Counted from the stretch's first letter, positions 1-11,799 are shown. The stretch: 64,000 nt of DNA from an uncultured delta proteobacterium (GCA_963798485.1 CAWCTR010000001.1:27453-91452); one strand, 5' to 3'. Program-made: numbers and translations. The notes: generated by a model not told the origin, from the sequence alone.

Positions 1-1
1 T

Positions 2-403
2 TGGGAGGTGGAGAATAGTGCTTACCATGGCATGTATCTGGTCCTTGCCTGCATGGCCGTAGCCGCAGGTGGCCTTCTTGACCTCGGTGGGCGTGTATTC
101 AAACACCGGTATATCAAGCATGGCAGCGGCCAAGAGGATGGCGCCTCTTGCCTGTCCGAGCTTGAGGGCTGTCTGGGAGTTCAAGGCATGAAAGGAACTC
201 TCCACCGCCACCTCCTCAGGGTTAAACTGCCGGAATATGTCCGTTAATCCGTCAAAGATCTCTTTAAGCCGTCCTGCCGTGTCATCGGAGAAGGGTTTTA
301 TTGTCCCATGCGCCACATGGACCAGGCTCGAGGTCGATGAATGCATGTCAAGGATGCCGTATCCCGTGGCCTTGTTTCCTGGATCTATTCCGCAGATTAT
401 CAT
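2..403 (-). CDS. ruvC: Holliday junction resolvase RuvC (3' end runs off the window)
   Basis: Not in the ORF track. Manual translation gives [16 protein letters not shown]...EEVAVESSF...ALKLGQARGAILL...EYTPTEVKKATCGYGHAGKDQI, which has the RuvC motifs. Its ATG overlaps the yebC stop (TAATG). Confidence 0.95.
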   Translation of the reverse strand, partial: MIICGIDPGNKATGYGILDMHSSTSSLVHVAHGTIKPFSDDTAGRLKEIFDGLTDIFRQFNPEEVAVESSFHALNSQTALKLGQARGAILLAAAMLDIPVFEYTPTEVKKATCGYGHAGKDQIHAMVSTILHLP

Positions 404-1152
404 TATCCCTGGAGCTGGGCCATCTCCTCATCGTCGATATCGAAGTTCGAGGATACCGCCTGGACGTCCTCAAGGTCCTCCAGGGCATCCAGCAGCTTCA
501 AGGCCTGTTGGGCCGACTTTCCGGTAAGCCTAACATTGGTCTGGGGGATCATCTGAACCTCCAGCGAGTTGTACTTGATGCCCTTGGCCTCTAGGGCTGT
601 GCGTAATCCTTCAAGGTCTTCAGGGACCGTGAGGATTTCGAAGCTCTCCCCTGTATCCGATACATCATCGGCCCCTGCGCTTAAGGCCACGTCGTAGAGG
701 GTCTCCTCATCAACGGAGAGCTTGTCGATTGATGCATAGCCTTTCTTATCGAACATCCAGTTCACGCAGCCCGTCTCGCCGAGGTTGCCGTTATACTTTG
801 AGAAAAGGTGCCGGATATCCGCCACTGCACGGTTCTTGTTGTCCGTAAGCACCTTTACAAGCACTGCCACACCGCCCGGGCCATATCCCTCATAGGTGAT
901 TTCCTCGAAGGATACCCCGTCGAGCCCGCCTGAGCCTTTTTTGATGGCACGATCGATGTTGTCCTTGGGCATGTTGGAGGCCTTGGCTGAGCTTACCGCA
1001 GCCCGCAGCCTTGCATTGCCCTCTATATCACCGCCTCCCATGCGTGCTGCTACAGTGATCTCTTTGATGATCTTGGAGAAAAGCTTTCCCCGTTTGGCGT
1101 CTGCAGCGCCCTTCTTGTGCTTAATCGTGGACCATTTATTGTGACCGGACAT
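403..1152 (-). CDS. yebC: YebC/PmpR family protein
   Basis: [22 protein letters not shown] and [11 protein letters not shown] motifs; conserved adjacency to ruvC. Confidence 0.97.
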   Translation of the reverse strand: MSGHNKWSTIKHKKGAADAKRGKLFSKIIKEITVAARMGGGDIEGNARLRAAVSSAKASNMPKDNIDRAIKKGSGGLDGVSFEEITYEGYGPGGVAVLVKVLTDNKNRAVADIRHLFSKYNGNLGETGCVNWMFDKKGYASIDKLSVDEETLYDVALSAGADDVSDTGESFEILTVPEDLEGLRTALEAKGIKYNSLEVQMIPQTNVRLTGKSAQQALKLLDALEDLEDVQAVSSNFDIDDEEMAQLQG

Positions 1153-1334
1153 ACACGATCCTCCCCCTTCTCGCTTGAAACCTACTACGTTCACTCGTAT
1201 TTATCACAGTGAATCCATAATGACAAGCAGGCCTAAGCGCCCTATGAAATGATTTCGTTGCAGCGTGACAAAACCCATTGTATACAAGGAACGAACATTA
1301 CAATCCGCATCTATTTTGACAATGGGGGCCAACC

Positions 1335-1820
1335 ATGAAATTCTGTCCACAGTGCGGCCAGGGACTTATGAAAAAGCAGATCGAGGGGAAAGAGAGGCTT
1401 GCGTGCCCATCATCTTCATGCACCTATGTGTTCTGGGACAACCCCACCCCTGTAGTGGCAGCCATTGTGGAACTGGGTGGCAGTGTTATCCTGGCGCGGA
1501 ACAGGCTTTGGCCCGAAAAGATGTTCGGCCTGGTGACAGGATTCCTTGAACAGGGAGAGACGCCGGAGGCGGCAGTGCTGCGTGAGGTGAAGGAAGAACT
1601 CGGCCTCACAGGGACTGTTGCCGATTTCATCGGTTTGTACAGCTTCTTCGAAAAGAACCAACTCATAATCGCCTTTCATGTGGGCGCACACGGCACGGTG
1701 ACCCTGGGAGAAGAGCTTGCAGAGGTGAGATATGTGAGCCCGGAACGTCTCAAGCCATGGCCGTTCGGCACCGGTTATGCGGTGAAAGACTGGCTTGAGC
1801 GGAGAAATTCGCAGATCTAA
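1335..1820 (+). CDS. NUDIX hydrolase with N-terminal zinc ribbon
   Basis: CPQCG...C..C ribbon; Nudix box GFLEQGETPEAAVLREVKEELG. Confidence 0.92.
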   Translation: MKFCPQCGQGLMKKQIEGKERLACPSSSCTYVFWDNPTPVVAAIVELGGSVILARNRLWPEKMFGLVTGFLEQGETPEAAVLREVKEELGLTGTVADFIGLYSFFEKNQLIIAFHVGAHGTVTLGEELAEVRYVSPERLKPWPFGTGYAVKDWLERRNSQI

Positions 1821-1865
1821 AAAAAAGCTCATACTTTACGGATATTAAATCAAACAACCAAGGAG

Positions 1866-2465
1866 TTGGATATGGGAAGGAGAATGTTTATTATTATGAT
1901 GATCTTGTTTAGTCTGCTCAGTACAACAGTTCAAGCCGCCAAGAACCCGAAGGTGGTCCTTGAGACAAGCATGGGGGACATCACCCTTGAGCTTTACCCT
2001 GACAAGGCCCCGGCAACGGTCAAGAACTTCCTTACCTATGTGGATGAGAAGTTCTATGACAACACCATCTTCCACAGGGTCATCAGCGGCTTCATGATCC
2101 AGGGCGGAGGCATGACTGTTGACATGAATGAAAAATCCACCCACAGCCCGATTAAAAATGAGGCCGACAACGGCTTGAAGAATGACCGCGGCACCATAGC
2201 CATGGCCCGCACCTCTGACCCGAATTCCGCCGGCGCCCAGTTCTTTATCAATGCCAAAGACAACACATTCCTGAACTTTAAAAGCAAGACCCTTGATGGA
2301 TACGGATACTGTGTCTTCGGTAAGGTGACAAAAGGCCTGGATGTAGTTGAGGCCATTGAAAAAACCCCCACGACGACCAAAGGGCTCTCTCAGGATGTTC
2401 CGGCCAAGCAAGTACTCATTAAAAAGGCATACCGCTTCAAAGAGAAAAAAGATACTGCCCAATAA
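1866..2465 (+). CDS. Cyclophilin-type peptidyl-prolyl cis-trans isomerase, exported
   Basis: [27 protein letters not shown] and YCVFGKV motifs; signal peptide. Confidence 0.96.
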   Translation: MDMGRRMFIIMMILFSLLSTTVQAAKNPKVVLETSMGDITLELYPDKAPATVKNFLTYVDEKFYDNTIFHRVISGFMIQGGGMTVDMNEKSTHSPIKNEADNGLKNDRGTIAMARTSDPNSAGAQFFINAKDNTFLNFKSKTLDGYGYCVFGKVTKGLDVVEAIEKTPTTTKGLSQDVPAKQVLIKKAYRFKEKKDTAQ

Positions 2466-2490
2466 CATCAAGTTCTTTCTGTAGACGATC

Positions 2491-2539
2491 AGAGGCTCTG
2501 CCCCTTATATTCGGCAAAAGGGTCAGGGCCTCTTTTTTT
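2491..2539 (+). terminator. Intrinsic terminator between the convergent PPIase and pfkA genes
   Basis: AGAGGCTCTGCCCCTT...AAGGGTCAGGGCCTCT stem followed by a T run. Confidence 0.75.
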
Positions 2540-2542
2540 AAG

Positions 2543-3646
2543 CTACAGTATCGTCCTCTTCCCGTTGTACCGCTCGACATCATAATACTTATCGACATCC
2601 ACTATCCTGAGCCTGTCGATAACCTCTTTCATGGGCACCGAGGTGATCTCGCCGTGGAGGTAGCTCACCATCCTCCCATAATCTTCGTTCATTATCATGT
2701 CCACGGCCGCGATGCCGAACCATCTGGCCATGAGCCTGTCCCGGGCAGAAGGCGATCCACCCCTCTGGAGGTGGCTCAACGTGACATAGCGGGCCTCGAA
2801 ACCCGTTCTCTTCTGGACCTCATCAGCAATATAAGCCGAAATACCTCCCAATGACCTGTGGCCGAACTCGTCAAGCTTGTCGTCCTTGTAGAACTCTTTG
2901 TCACCGCCCAGCTTGGCGCCTTCAGATACGACAATGATGCTGTACTGAATTTCACGGCCCCTGCGTCCCTGGAGAAGCTCGCAGACCCGCTCTATGCTGA
3001 AGGGGTACTCGGGGATCAGGATGATATAAGCCCCGCTGCATTCACCGCCATGAAGCGCCAGCCAACCTGCATGCCTGCCCATGGTCTCCACCACGAAGAT
3101 CCTGTTGTGAGAGCCTGCGGTTGTACGAAGGCGGTCAATCTCCTCCATGATGATGTTAACGGCCGAGTCGAAACCCAAAGAGTACTCGGTACCTATGAGG
3201 TCACCATCGATGGTCTTTGGAATGCCGATGGTCTTCATGCCTTGCTTGTAGAGCTTGTAGGCCACACCGAGCGTGTCCTCTCCGCCTATGGCGACGATCA
3301 CATCGATCCCGAGCTTATTGATATTTTCTATGACCTTCTCGGAACGGTCCTTTTTCGGGTTGAAGGGATTGGTGCGCGACGTGCCGAGGTTTGTCCCTCC
3401 GTAGCGGTCCCAGGTCCTGACAACCTCCTCATTGAGCTTAATGATATGCTGGGCCATGCTTTCGGGATTATCCGGATCCACCTCCACAAGGCCTTTCCAC
3501 CCATCCTTGATACCGAGCACATCAAACCTGATGGACCTCTTCTCTTCAAGAAGGGGATCGAGCGCTGTCTTGGTTACCCATTTGATCGCACCATTCAACC
3601 CGGGACAATCTCCTCCACCTGTCAGGACAGCTATTCTCATTTTCAC
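2543..3646 (-). CDS. pfkA: 6-phosphofructokinase
   Basis: LTGGGDCPGLN, GTSR, GGED, PKTIDGD, ETMGRHAGW and HLQRGG motifs. Confidence 0.96.
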   Translation of the reverse strand: MKMRIAVLTGGGDCPGLNGAIKWVTKTALDPLLEEKRSIRFDVLGIKDGWKGLVEVDPDNPESMAQHIIKLNEEVVRTWDRYGGTNLGTSRTNPFNPKKDRSEKVIENINKLGIDVIVAIGGEDTLGVAYKLYKQGMKTIGIPKTIDGDLIGTEYSLGFDSAVNIIMEEIDRLRTTAGSHNRIFVVETMGRHAGWLALHGGECSGAYIILIPEYPFSIERVCELLQGRRGREIQYSIIVVSEGAKLGGDKEFYKDDKLDEFGHRSLGGISAYIADEVQKRTGFEARYVTLSHLQRGGSPSARDRLMARWFGIAAVDMIMNEDYGRMVSYLHGEITSVPMKEVIDRLRIVDVDKYYDVERYNGKRTIL

Positions 3647-3814
3647 CCTACCCTCCTGTTTTCAGATCCAAAGCTGTTCTCTTCACGAACGGCCTTTTCA
3701 CCATTATAATCCTGAAATACACCTCGGCAAGATACGTATAAAAATTGAGTATCTTTGGTGTTTGTTTGCATGAAGGCCCATACTTCGGGTAGAATATGAT
3801 AAAAGGAGGGATGT

Positions 3815-4561
3815 ATGAAGGTCATATTCCATGAGGACTTCTACAAGGTGTATACCTCCGACCCGGCGGCTGAGGACGGGAGAATTGAGGCGGTCATGGA
3901 GGTGATCAGCGGCAAGGTTGAGCTTGTCATGGCCCAAAAGGCCACCCTGGATGATATTGAGGCAGTGCACACGCTCTCACATATCGAACAGGTGAAAAAC
4001 ATGGGCCTCCATGACATAGCATCCCTGGCGGCAGGGGGTGCCGTCAAGGCGGCAGAAATAGGCATGAAAGAGCCGAGCTTCGCCCTCATTCGTCCGCCGG
4101 GCCACCATGCCTCTTCAGACTCTGCCTGGGGTTTCTGCTTCTACAACAACATGGCCATCGCCATTGAGCACTTGAAACGCAACAAGGCCATTGAGAGCGC
4201 CTATGTGCTGGACTTCGATCTCCACTACGGCGACGGCACGGTCAACATCCTGGGCAAGAAGGGATATGTGAAGATCCACAACCCCAACTCCTACGAGCGC
4301 GTCTCATACCTCAAAGAGGTTGCCGGCGAGCTTGAAGATGTCAAGGCCGATATCATAGGCATCTCGGCCGGATTCGACAACCATGAGGAGGACTGGGGCG
4401 GGGTGTTGAACACGAATGATTATCGACAGATCGGCAGGCTGGTGAGGGAGACCGCCAAACGCATCGGAGCAGGATACTTCGCCATTTTAGAGGGTGGTTA
4501 CAACCACCGGGTCCTCGGGCATAATGTACTTGCGCTGATTCAGGGGATGGAGGGGATTTAG
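3815..4561 (+). CDS. Histone deacetylase family (Zn-dependent amidohydrolase) protein
   Basis: RPPGHHA, GFCFYNN, DFDLHYGDGT, SAGFD and LEGGY motifs. Confidence 0.95.
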   Translation: MKVIFHEDFYKVYTSDPAAEDGRIEAVMEVISGKVELVMAQKATLDDIEAVHTLSHIEQVKNMGLHDIASLAAGGAVKAAEIGMKEPSFALIRPPGHHASSDSAWGFCFYNNMAIAIEHLKRNKAIESAYVLDFDLHYGDGTVNILGKKGYVKIHNPNSYERVSYLKEVAGELEDVKADIIGISAGFDNHEEDWGGVLNTNDYRQIGRLVRETAKRIGAGYFAILEGGYNHRVLGHNVLALIQGMEGI

Positions 4562-6133
4562 ATGATGATGAAGGTCAGTACCGTTTCCGAGATGAGGGCT
4601 TTTGACAAGGCTGCTCTAGTTCAGTTCGGCATCCCCGAGCTGCTGCTCATGGAGAATGCCGGCCTTGCCTCCTATGAAGTCCTGTCGAGCCGGTGCGGTA
4701 TTGCCGGCAAGTCCTTTATCGTACTGGCAGGTATCGGAAACAACGGCGGTGACGGGTTTGTGGCGGCGCGCAAGATCCTTTCCGGAGGCGGGAGCGTCAA
4801 GGTCTATATCATAGGTGATGCAAGCAAGTACAAGGGCCCTGCCCTTATCAACCTTGAGATTATCCGGAAGATGCCCATCGAAATCATCGAGGTCTCCACG
4901 GCAAGGACTATCAGAAGGGATATTGCCGGGGCCGACGTGATTATTGATGCCATCTTCGGAACCGGACTGGCCCGGGGGGTTGAAGGACTCCACAAGGAAA
5001 TCATCGAGGAAGTAAATTCGAGTAAGAAGATCATTGTCAGCCTGGATATCCCCTCAGGGATAAACGGCGACACAGGCCAGATCATGGGCTGTGCGGTGCG
5101 GGCCAACCATACCGTGACCTTCGGGCTGCCCAAGGTCGGAAGCCTTCTTATGCCCGGATTTCATTACTGCGGCAGTCTCTTTGTCACCCATATCTCGTTG
5201 CCGCCCAGCCTGTACAACTCCGATTCCCTGACGATCGCGATCAACGATCCCCTTTCTCTCCCGCCAAGGGACACTGACGGCCACAAGGGCGACTTCGGAG
5301 AGGCACTCTTCATTGCAGGGGCAAAGGGATACTACGGCGCACCGCATTTTGCCGCTCTGTCCTTCATGAAGGCAGGCGGAGGGTACTCGCGTCTCGCCAC
5401 ACCGGGATCCATAGCACCCTTCATCGCATCCATGGGCAGCGAGATCGTCTTTCTTCCCCAGGAGGAAACCGCATCAGGGAGCATCTCTCTGACGAACAAA
5501 ACCAGGCTTCTCGAAATCTCCGACAAGATGGACTTCGTGGTTTTGGGCCCGGGACTTTCACTCAATGAGGAGACCTCCACGCTCACCCGCGAACTGGCAC
5601 GCAGGATAAAAAGGCCCCTGCTCATTGACGGCGACGGTATAACCGCTGTCTGCCAGGACCTCACCTGTATTCAAAAAAGGAAGGCGCCCACCATCCTCAC
5701 CCCGCACCAAGGCGAGATGGCCAGGATAACAGGTATACCGGTTAAGGACATCGACAGTGACAGAATCGGGACTCTCAGGAAAGCCGCAGGCCGACTCGGC
5801 GCCATCATCGTGCTCAAGGGTGCACATTCTCTCATCGGGTGTCCTGATGGCAGGGTATTCGTGAACTTGAGCGGCAACTCGGGTATGGCCACTGCAGGCT
5901 CAGGCGATGTCCTTACCGGGACCATTGCCGCCATGTATGGGCTTGGTCTTTCCCTTGAGGATGCGGTGTGCAAAGGGGTCTTCATACACGGGGCCTCCGG
6001 CGACCTGGCGGCGCAAGAAAAAGGTGAAGACGGTATCACGGCCAAGGATATCCTTAATTACCTCCCCAACGCTATGGTCCTGGACAGGCAGGAGGCCCTT
6101 GCCGCACAGTATGCCTTACCTATAATTCTCTGA
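4562..6133 (+). CDS. nnr: Bifunctional NAD(P)HX epimerase/dehydratase (YjeF/Nnr)
   Basis: LMENAG, GNNGGDG, DAIFGTG, HKGDFG, TPHQGE and AGSGDVL motifs. Confidence 0.96.
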   Translation: MMMKVSTVSEMRAFDKAALVQFGIPELLLMENAGLASYEVLSSRCGIAGKSFIVLAGIGNNGGDGFVAARKILSGGGSVKVYIIGDASKYKGPALINLEIIRKMPIEIIEVSTARTIRRDIAGADVIIDAIFGTGLARGVEGLHKEIIEEVNSSKKIIVSLDIPSGINGDTGQIMGCAVRANHTVTFGLPKVGSLLMPGFHYCGSLFVTHISLPPSLYNSDSLTIAINDPLSLPPRDTDGHKGDFGEALFIAGAKGYYGAPHFAALSFMKAGGGYSRLATPGSIAPFIASMGSEIVFLPQEETASGSISLTNKTRLLEISDKMDFVVLGPGLSLNEETSTLTRELARRIKRPLLIDGDGITAVCQDLTCIQKRKAPTILTPHQGEMARITGIPVKDIDSDRIGTLRKAAGRLGAIIVLKGAHSLIGCPDGRVFVNLSGNSGMATAGSGDVLTGTIAAMYGLGLSLEDAVCKGVFIHGASGDLAAQEKGEDGITAKDILNYLPNAMVLDRQEALAAQYALPIIL

Positions 6134-6306
6134 GAAGGGAAAAGGGCAATAGACACCAACCATGATCCGGGTATTGGAAGACCTTTCCTTGGCCTAAGGT
6201 ATAACCCCTAAGGCCTGAATAAAAATATTTTCATTTTCCTGTTAAGTAATCTGGTCTTCATGTCGATAGAGTTACTAGCCAGAAATAGTCAACACTCTCT
6301 TCGTAA

Positions 6307-6338
6307 CGCCAGGCCTCGATAGCTTGGCTTTTTTTTTA
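6307..6338 (+). terminator. Intrinsic terminator
   Basis: GCCAGGC-ctcgata-GCTTGGC followed by a T run. Confidence 0.7.
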
Positions 6339-6347
6339 CAAAATAGT

Positions 6348-9300
6348 TTATCGCTGATCTAAAATATCCCTGATCTTCTTCGAAAACTCGGCCATGCTGA
6401 AAGGTTTCTGGATAAAGCCTTTGCATCCGCTTTTCATAATATCCTTTGCCTGACCATCCAGACTGTAGCCGCTTGAAAGCAGCACCTTTACATTGGGATT
6501 TACGCGGCACAAGGTGTCGAAGGTCTCTTTCCCGCCGAAATCGGGCATTATCATGTCAAGGATCACAAGCTCAATCTTATCCCTTGCCTGTTCATAAATC
6601 TGTAGACCTTGCCTGCCTCCGGGTGCTGCAAGCACCTCATAGCCGAGACCCTCGAGCATCTTTGAGCCGATATCCAGGATCATCTCTTCATCGTCAATAA
6701 TCAGTACCGTCTCATACCCTTTCTTAATCTCACCATTTGTCTTGTGCTCACCTGGAACATCTTTATCCGAGGCAGGGAGATAGATCATGAAGGAGGTACC
6801 GAGGTCTTTTTCACTCTCTACATGAATGAATCCGCCGTGATTCTTAATTATACCATATACCGAGGCCAAACCGAGGCCGGTTCCGCGGCCACGCTCCTTT
6901 GTGGTGAAAAACGGTTCAAAGATCCTCTCCTTTACCGAATCTTCCATCCCAATACCGGTATCCGTGACAGTCACCTTTACAAATCTCCCGGGCATGATAT
7001 CATAGGGACTCACTTCAATTTTATCCAGATTGATATTTTCAACAGAGAGGAACAGATCACCGCCGCCGGGCATGGCCTGCCATGCATTCACGAACAGGTT
7101 GAGCATTACCTGCTCCATCTGCCCCCGGTCTACATCAACGGCATATAGATCTTGGGCGACCTTGTGATGGATCCGTATCTCCTTCTTGGTCCTGCCGAAC
7201 ATCTCAGAACTCTTCTGAATGAATTCACCGAGATGAGTAGGCTTTACCTCATACTTCCCCCCCCTGGCAAACCCGAGCAACTGCTTTGTAAGGTCGGAAC
7301 CGCGCTGTACATACTCCTCCACGCTCTTGAGGCGATCAAAGAATGGATGCGATTCGTCAAAGTCCATGAGCATGAGGGATACATTGCCGAGGATGCCCAT
7401 GAGCAGATTGTTGAAGTCATGGGCAATCCCGCCTGCGAGGGTGCCCACTGCCTCCATCTTCTGTGCACGGGTCAGCTGCTGCTCAAGGTTCTTCTTCTCG
7501 GTCATGTCGATGAGAAAGCCCCTCAACCCTGCAGGCTTGCCTTCATGGTTGATTGCAGTAGTATTTATCAAGGCAGGGAAGGTGCTTCCATCCTTTCTCT
7601 TGGCTGTATACTCGTTAAGGCCTATATACTCTCCCCGCAGAACCTTTTGAAAGTTCTGAATTATACGTTCATGATCCTCCGAGACTATTGCCTCCAGGAA
7701 GTTCAAGCCTTTTTCCACTTCTTCTCTCGTGAATCCGAATCGCGCCAGAGAGCTCTGGTTCACAAAGGTCACTCTCCCGTTTTCATCGGTCTCGAAGACC
7801 GTCTCGGGCATGAGGCTTACCATATCCCTGAATCGTTCCTCGCTCTCTCGCAAAGCCTTTTCGGCATTCTTCCGGTCAGTGATGTCCATGAGTGAGGCAA
7901 CACTTATCGTGCTGCCTGGTATGAGGGCTACGCTCAGAAAGATGTCCCTGGACTCACCAGAACGGTTGAAGAACCTGAATTCATAGGACCTGGGGATAGA
8001 ATCGATCCCCTCCCGGCGCCCTTCATGGTAACGTTTCATCCTCTCCAGGTCTTCAGGGGAAACGAACGCCGTCCAGCTCATCTTACCCTCGACCTCATGG
8101 CGCGAGTAGCCGGAGAGCTTTTCGAAATTGGAGTTTACCAGCAGGATCGTCCTCTCCTCCCCGAGCAGCACTGATGCATTCCCCGTGTTCTCAAAGATGG
8201 CGCGGTACCGCTCCTCGCTCTTCTTAATGGCCTCCTCAGCCTGTTTGCGGCTGGTGATATCCCTGACAACGCCACTGAACCCGATCGGTGCTCCATTGGC
8301 ATCCTGCCTCAATGATGCCGATGCCTCAACAAAGATTTCCTGACCTTTCTTATCTTGCAGTTTCCAATCGACATTAGCGATAGTCTCTCCGGTAATGAAG
8401 CAATGATGATATACATTGAAGACCTTCTTCGCATTCTCATCATCCATATATTGGCGGTAGTTAATCCCCATGAGCTCTTCATATGCATAGCCAAGCCGTT
8501 GTGCAGGCCTGGGATTGAAAAAGGTGAAGTTGCCTCTTAGGTCCACTTCATAATATGCCTCTTCCATGTTGTCGAGGATGGTTCGATAACGCTCTTCGCT
8601 TTCCCGAAGGGCCTTTTCGGCCTGCTTGCGTACGGTTACATCACGCACCACTACATGGAACCCCTTTGGCTGTCCCGATGCCTCCCGCATGAGCCCGACA
8701 GACAGCTCGTTGTCATGGAGAGAGCCATCCTTGTGGATCACCTTGTAATCCACCATCAGCTCCGGAGTTCCGGTTGTATACACCCTGTTGAATGCCTCAA
8801 ACATGAGCTTTGCAGTTTCGGGTGTGGCGTATCTGTGATAATTCATGCCAAGCAGTTCATCGGCGTCATAACCGGACATCCTGCATGCAGCTTCGTTGAA
8901 AAACGTAAAGTTTCCAGTCTAGATCGACCTCGAAATAGGATTCCTCCATGCTTTCCAGGATTCTTCTGTACTTTTCCTCACTGATACGCAAGGCTTCCTC
9001 AGACTGTTTGCGCGCTGTGATATCAATATGATTGGAAATACTTTCATTGGTCCCTGGTATGAGGGTAACCAAGGCAAGGATATCCCTGGCCTCTCCTGCC
9101 CGGGTAATAAACCGGAATTCGTAGGATTCAGGTGCAGAGCCCGGTTTCTCCCGCCGCATTCTGTGATAGTCTTTCAATCGTTCAAGGTCTTTCTCGGAAA
9201 TAAAAGATTCCCAGCTCATCTTGCCCTCAATCTCGTGGCGGGGATAGCCGGAAAGCCTTTCGAAATTGGAGTTCGCAAGCAGGATTGTCTTGTCCTCGCC

Positions 9301-9828
9301 TATGAGGATAGTGGCGTTGCCCGTATTCTCGAAGATGGTGCGATAGCGTTCACCGCTCTTTCTCAAGTGTTCCTGGGCATTCTTCCAATTGGTGATGTCT
9401 CGGGCGATTCCCTGGATGGCATAGGGCTCCCCTGACCTATAAATGACAGAAGTCCTTGTCTCCAGCCAGACAAAGCTCCCATCTTTGCGTCTAACCATAT
9501 ATTCGTCGGATTCTTTCTGTGTCCCTGTCTCCCTCAATTCCTGTATGGTGCTGAACACCAGGGGAATTTGTTCGTCGGTAAGCAGCGTGGTCAATGTGAT
9601 AGTGCCCAGCTCTTCCCTGGAGTATCCGAGCAGATTGAAACCGGCATTACTGGCATCAAGAAATTTGCCTTCAAAATCGAGGATAAAGACCACATCAAAA
9701 GATCGCTCAAACAAGGCCTGGTAGCGTTCTTCACTCTCTTTGGCAGCCTCTATGGCCAAGCGGTGTTCCTGCTCAAGGTCCTTGAGCCTCTTTTCCAGTT
9801 CCTCATAGCTGGGCCTCTCACACATCAA
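6348..9828 (-). CDS. Hybrid sensor histidine kinase (6 PAS + HisKA + HATPase + receiver), one frameshift near 8920
   Basis: ORFs 8866-9828 and 6348-8879 join as EVDL-TGNFTFFNEAACRMSG if one base is removed. H-box AGGIAHDFNN, FEPFFTTK, GTGLGL; receiver DMIMP. Confidence 0.93.
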
Positions 9829-9939
9829 CTTCTCCTCCTGGAGGATATAACCGTATCTTTTCCTTTGTCTTGCTAAACAAGATATACGTGTAGCACCTGT
9901 TTTCTCTTTATCGGCATTTCACCATGCTGAGGCTTAGCC

Positions 9940-11799
9940 TTAGGTAATAATATTTTTGAAGCCCCGGCCCCACAGCATGTTGTTCAGGCCGGAGACACGA
10001 TGGGTCCGTCTGGATACTGCGGCAGAGAATATCTCCATAGCGGCCCAGATCTCGATTGCGCCCCTGGCCCTGGTTATGCCGGTATAGACGAGTTCCCTGG
10101 TGAGCACGGGAGAGTCACGCTCCGGCAGTATGAGCAGCACGTTCTCGAACTCGGACCCCTGGCTCTTGTGGACCGTCATGGCAAAGGCGGTCTCGTGTGC
10201 CGGCAGCCTTAAGGGTGAAATCTTTCTGACAGACCCGTCCCTAGCCACAAAGCAGGCGCGCAGGTCATCCCCATCGCTTACGATGAGCCCGATATCGCCG
10301 TTCATGAGCTTCAAAGTATAGTCGTTTTCTGTGACGAGCACGGGCCTGCCGTGGTAATGCAGCCTGCCGGGCTCGATCAGGCCCGCGCCCTGCAGGATCT
10401 CCTCGACGCAGCGATTCAGCGCCTTTACACCGTATGGTCCTTCGCGGACAGGGCTCAGGATGCGCAACGTCTCGAAGAGCTGGAAGCACTCATGGATGTC
10501 GTCCGAAACAAGAAAACTTCCATATCTCTTGGTGACGATCTCTCTCAGTGACCTTTTCAATTCTCCCGGCAAAGGCAGTTCCTGCCGGCTAAGATCCTTT
10601 CCGTGGCCTGAGTGGAGTATCTCAAGGGATCGGCTGATATCTCCCGAGTTTACTGCCTCGCCCAGGGCGAAGATGGCGCTGTCTTTGCTGAACCGGTAGG
10701 TCCGGGTGAGCTCCACCAGCGAGTCCTGCATACCGCCTTCATCGCCTGCGGGCACGGCGCACCCTGTGGTCCTGGCCACAAGCCCGGCAAAGTCAGCCGA
10801 ATAGGCGTGCGAGCCGCCCACATCGCAGATATCCCCGAGCACGTAGCCTGCCTGAACGGAAGCGAGCTGATTTTTGTCGCCCAGGAGGATAAGGCGGGCG
10901 TTTTCCTTGAGGGCCTGGACGAGGTATGACATGAGGGCCAGGTCCGCCATAGACGCCTCATCTATGGCGATGACATCTGCACTTAAGGGGTTTGCTGCGC
11001 AGTGCCTTGGCAGTGTTGACCCGGGAGAGAATCCGAGGAGCCTGTGGATAGTGGTGGCCTCGTGGGGGATCATGGCCTTGATCCCCGGTGCGCAGTCCAT
11101 GAGTTCAAGGCTGCGCTGGATGGACTCTTCGATCCTGCGGGCCGCCTTGCCCGTAGGGGCCGCCAAGGCGATCTTCAGGTGAGGCTCCTGCTCGAGGAGC
11201 AAAGCCATGATCCTGCAGACGAGCGTGGTCTTGCCCGTGCCCGGCCCGCCCGTGATCACGCATAAACCCCTGGATACGGCAGCCGCAGCCGCTGCCTTGT
11301 GCCGGTCATGCCCGTCGGTCCCGTCCGGGGGAAACATGCGAGCGAGCCCCCTGGTGAAAAGGGCTTCGTCAAAGGGCATGACCCGGGCGTTCAAACGCAG
11401 CAGGACATCGGCCAGTCTCCGTTCGTTCTCATAGGAACGGTGGAGATAAAGCCTGCCTGACCCGTCCAGGATCAGGGGCCGATAATCGCCCGGGCCGCCC
11501 ACTACCGGGCACAACCTCAGGGCTGATATCCAGGCATCAGGTGATGGCAGGTCCAGGACAGCAGGCCCGGCTTCTTTGCCAATCATCCCTGTATTGATTT
11601 CGTTCAGATCCAGGCAGGTGTGCCCTTCCCTGCTGAGCCTGCTCACAAGGGCCGCTGCAAGGGCAAGCTCAGCGCTCTTCGAGCCTGCAAGCTGCACCAT
11701 GAACCGGGCGAAGTGCACATCAATGGGCTCGAAGAGACCTTCGGGCAGCATCAGGCCCTGCTCAAGACCTTTCTTGAAGTCAACAGCATCATACGCCAT
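9940..11799 (-). CDS. recD: Exodeoxyribonuclease V alpha subunit
   Basis: ITGGPGTGKTT, APTGKAA, TIHRLL, DEASM, GDKNQL, TVHKSQGSEF and YTGITRA motifs. Confidence 0.96.
   Translation of the reverse strand: MAYDAVDFKKGLEQGLMLPEGLFEPIDVHFARFMVQLAGSKSAELALAAALVSRLSREGHTCLDLNEINTGMIGKEAGPAVLDLPSPDAWISALRLCPVVGGPGDYRPLILDGSGRLYLHRSYENERRLADVLLRLNARVMPFDEALFTRGLARMFPPDGTDGHDRHKAAAAAAVSRGLCVITGGPGTGKTTLVCRIMALLLEQEPHLKIALAAPTGKAARRIEESIQRSLELMDCAPGIKAMIPHEATTIHRLLGFSPGSTLPRHCAANPLSADVIAIDEASMADLALMSYLVQALKENARLILLGDKNQLASVQAGYVLGDICDVGGSHAYSADFAGLVARTTGCAVPAGDEGGMQDSLVELTRTYRFSKDSAIFALGEAVNSGDISRSLEILHSGHGKDLSRQELPLPGELKRSLREIVTKRYGSFLVSDDIHECFQLFETLRILSPVREGPYGVKALNRCVEEILQGAGLIEPGRLHYHGRPVLVTENDYTLKLMNGDIGLIVSDGDDLRACFVARDGSVRKISPLRLPAHETAFAMTVHKSQGSEFENVLLILPERDSPVLTRELVYTGITRARGAIEIWAAMEIFSAAVSRRTHRVSGLNNMLWGRGFKNIIT

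Noticed and set aside
8-594. Plus-strand ORFs at the window start
   Set aside because: They are antisense to ruvC and yebC, which explain the region.
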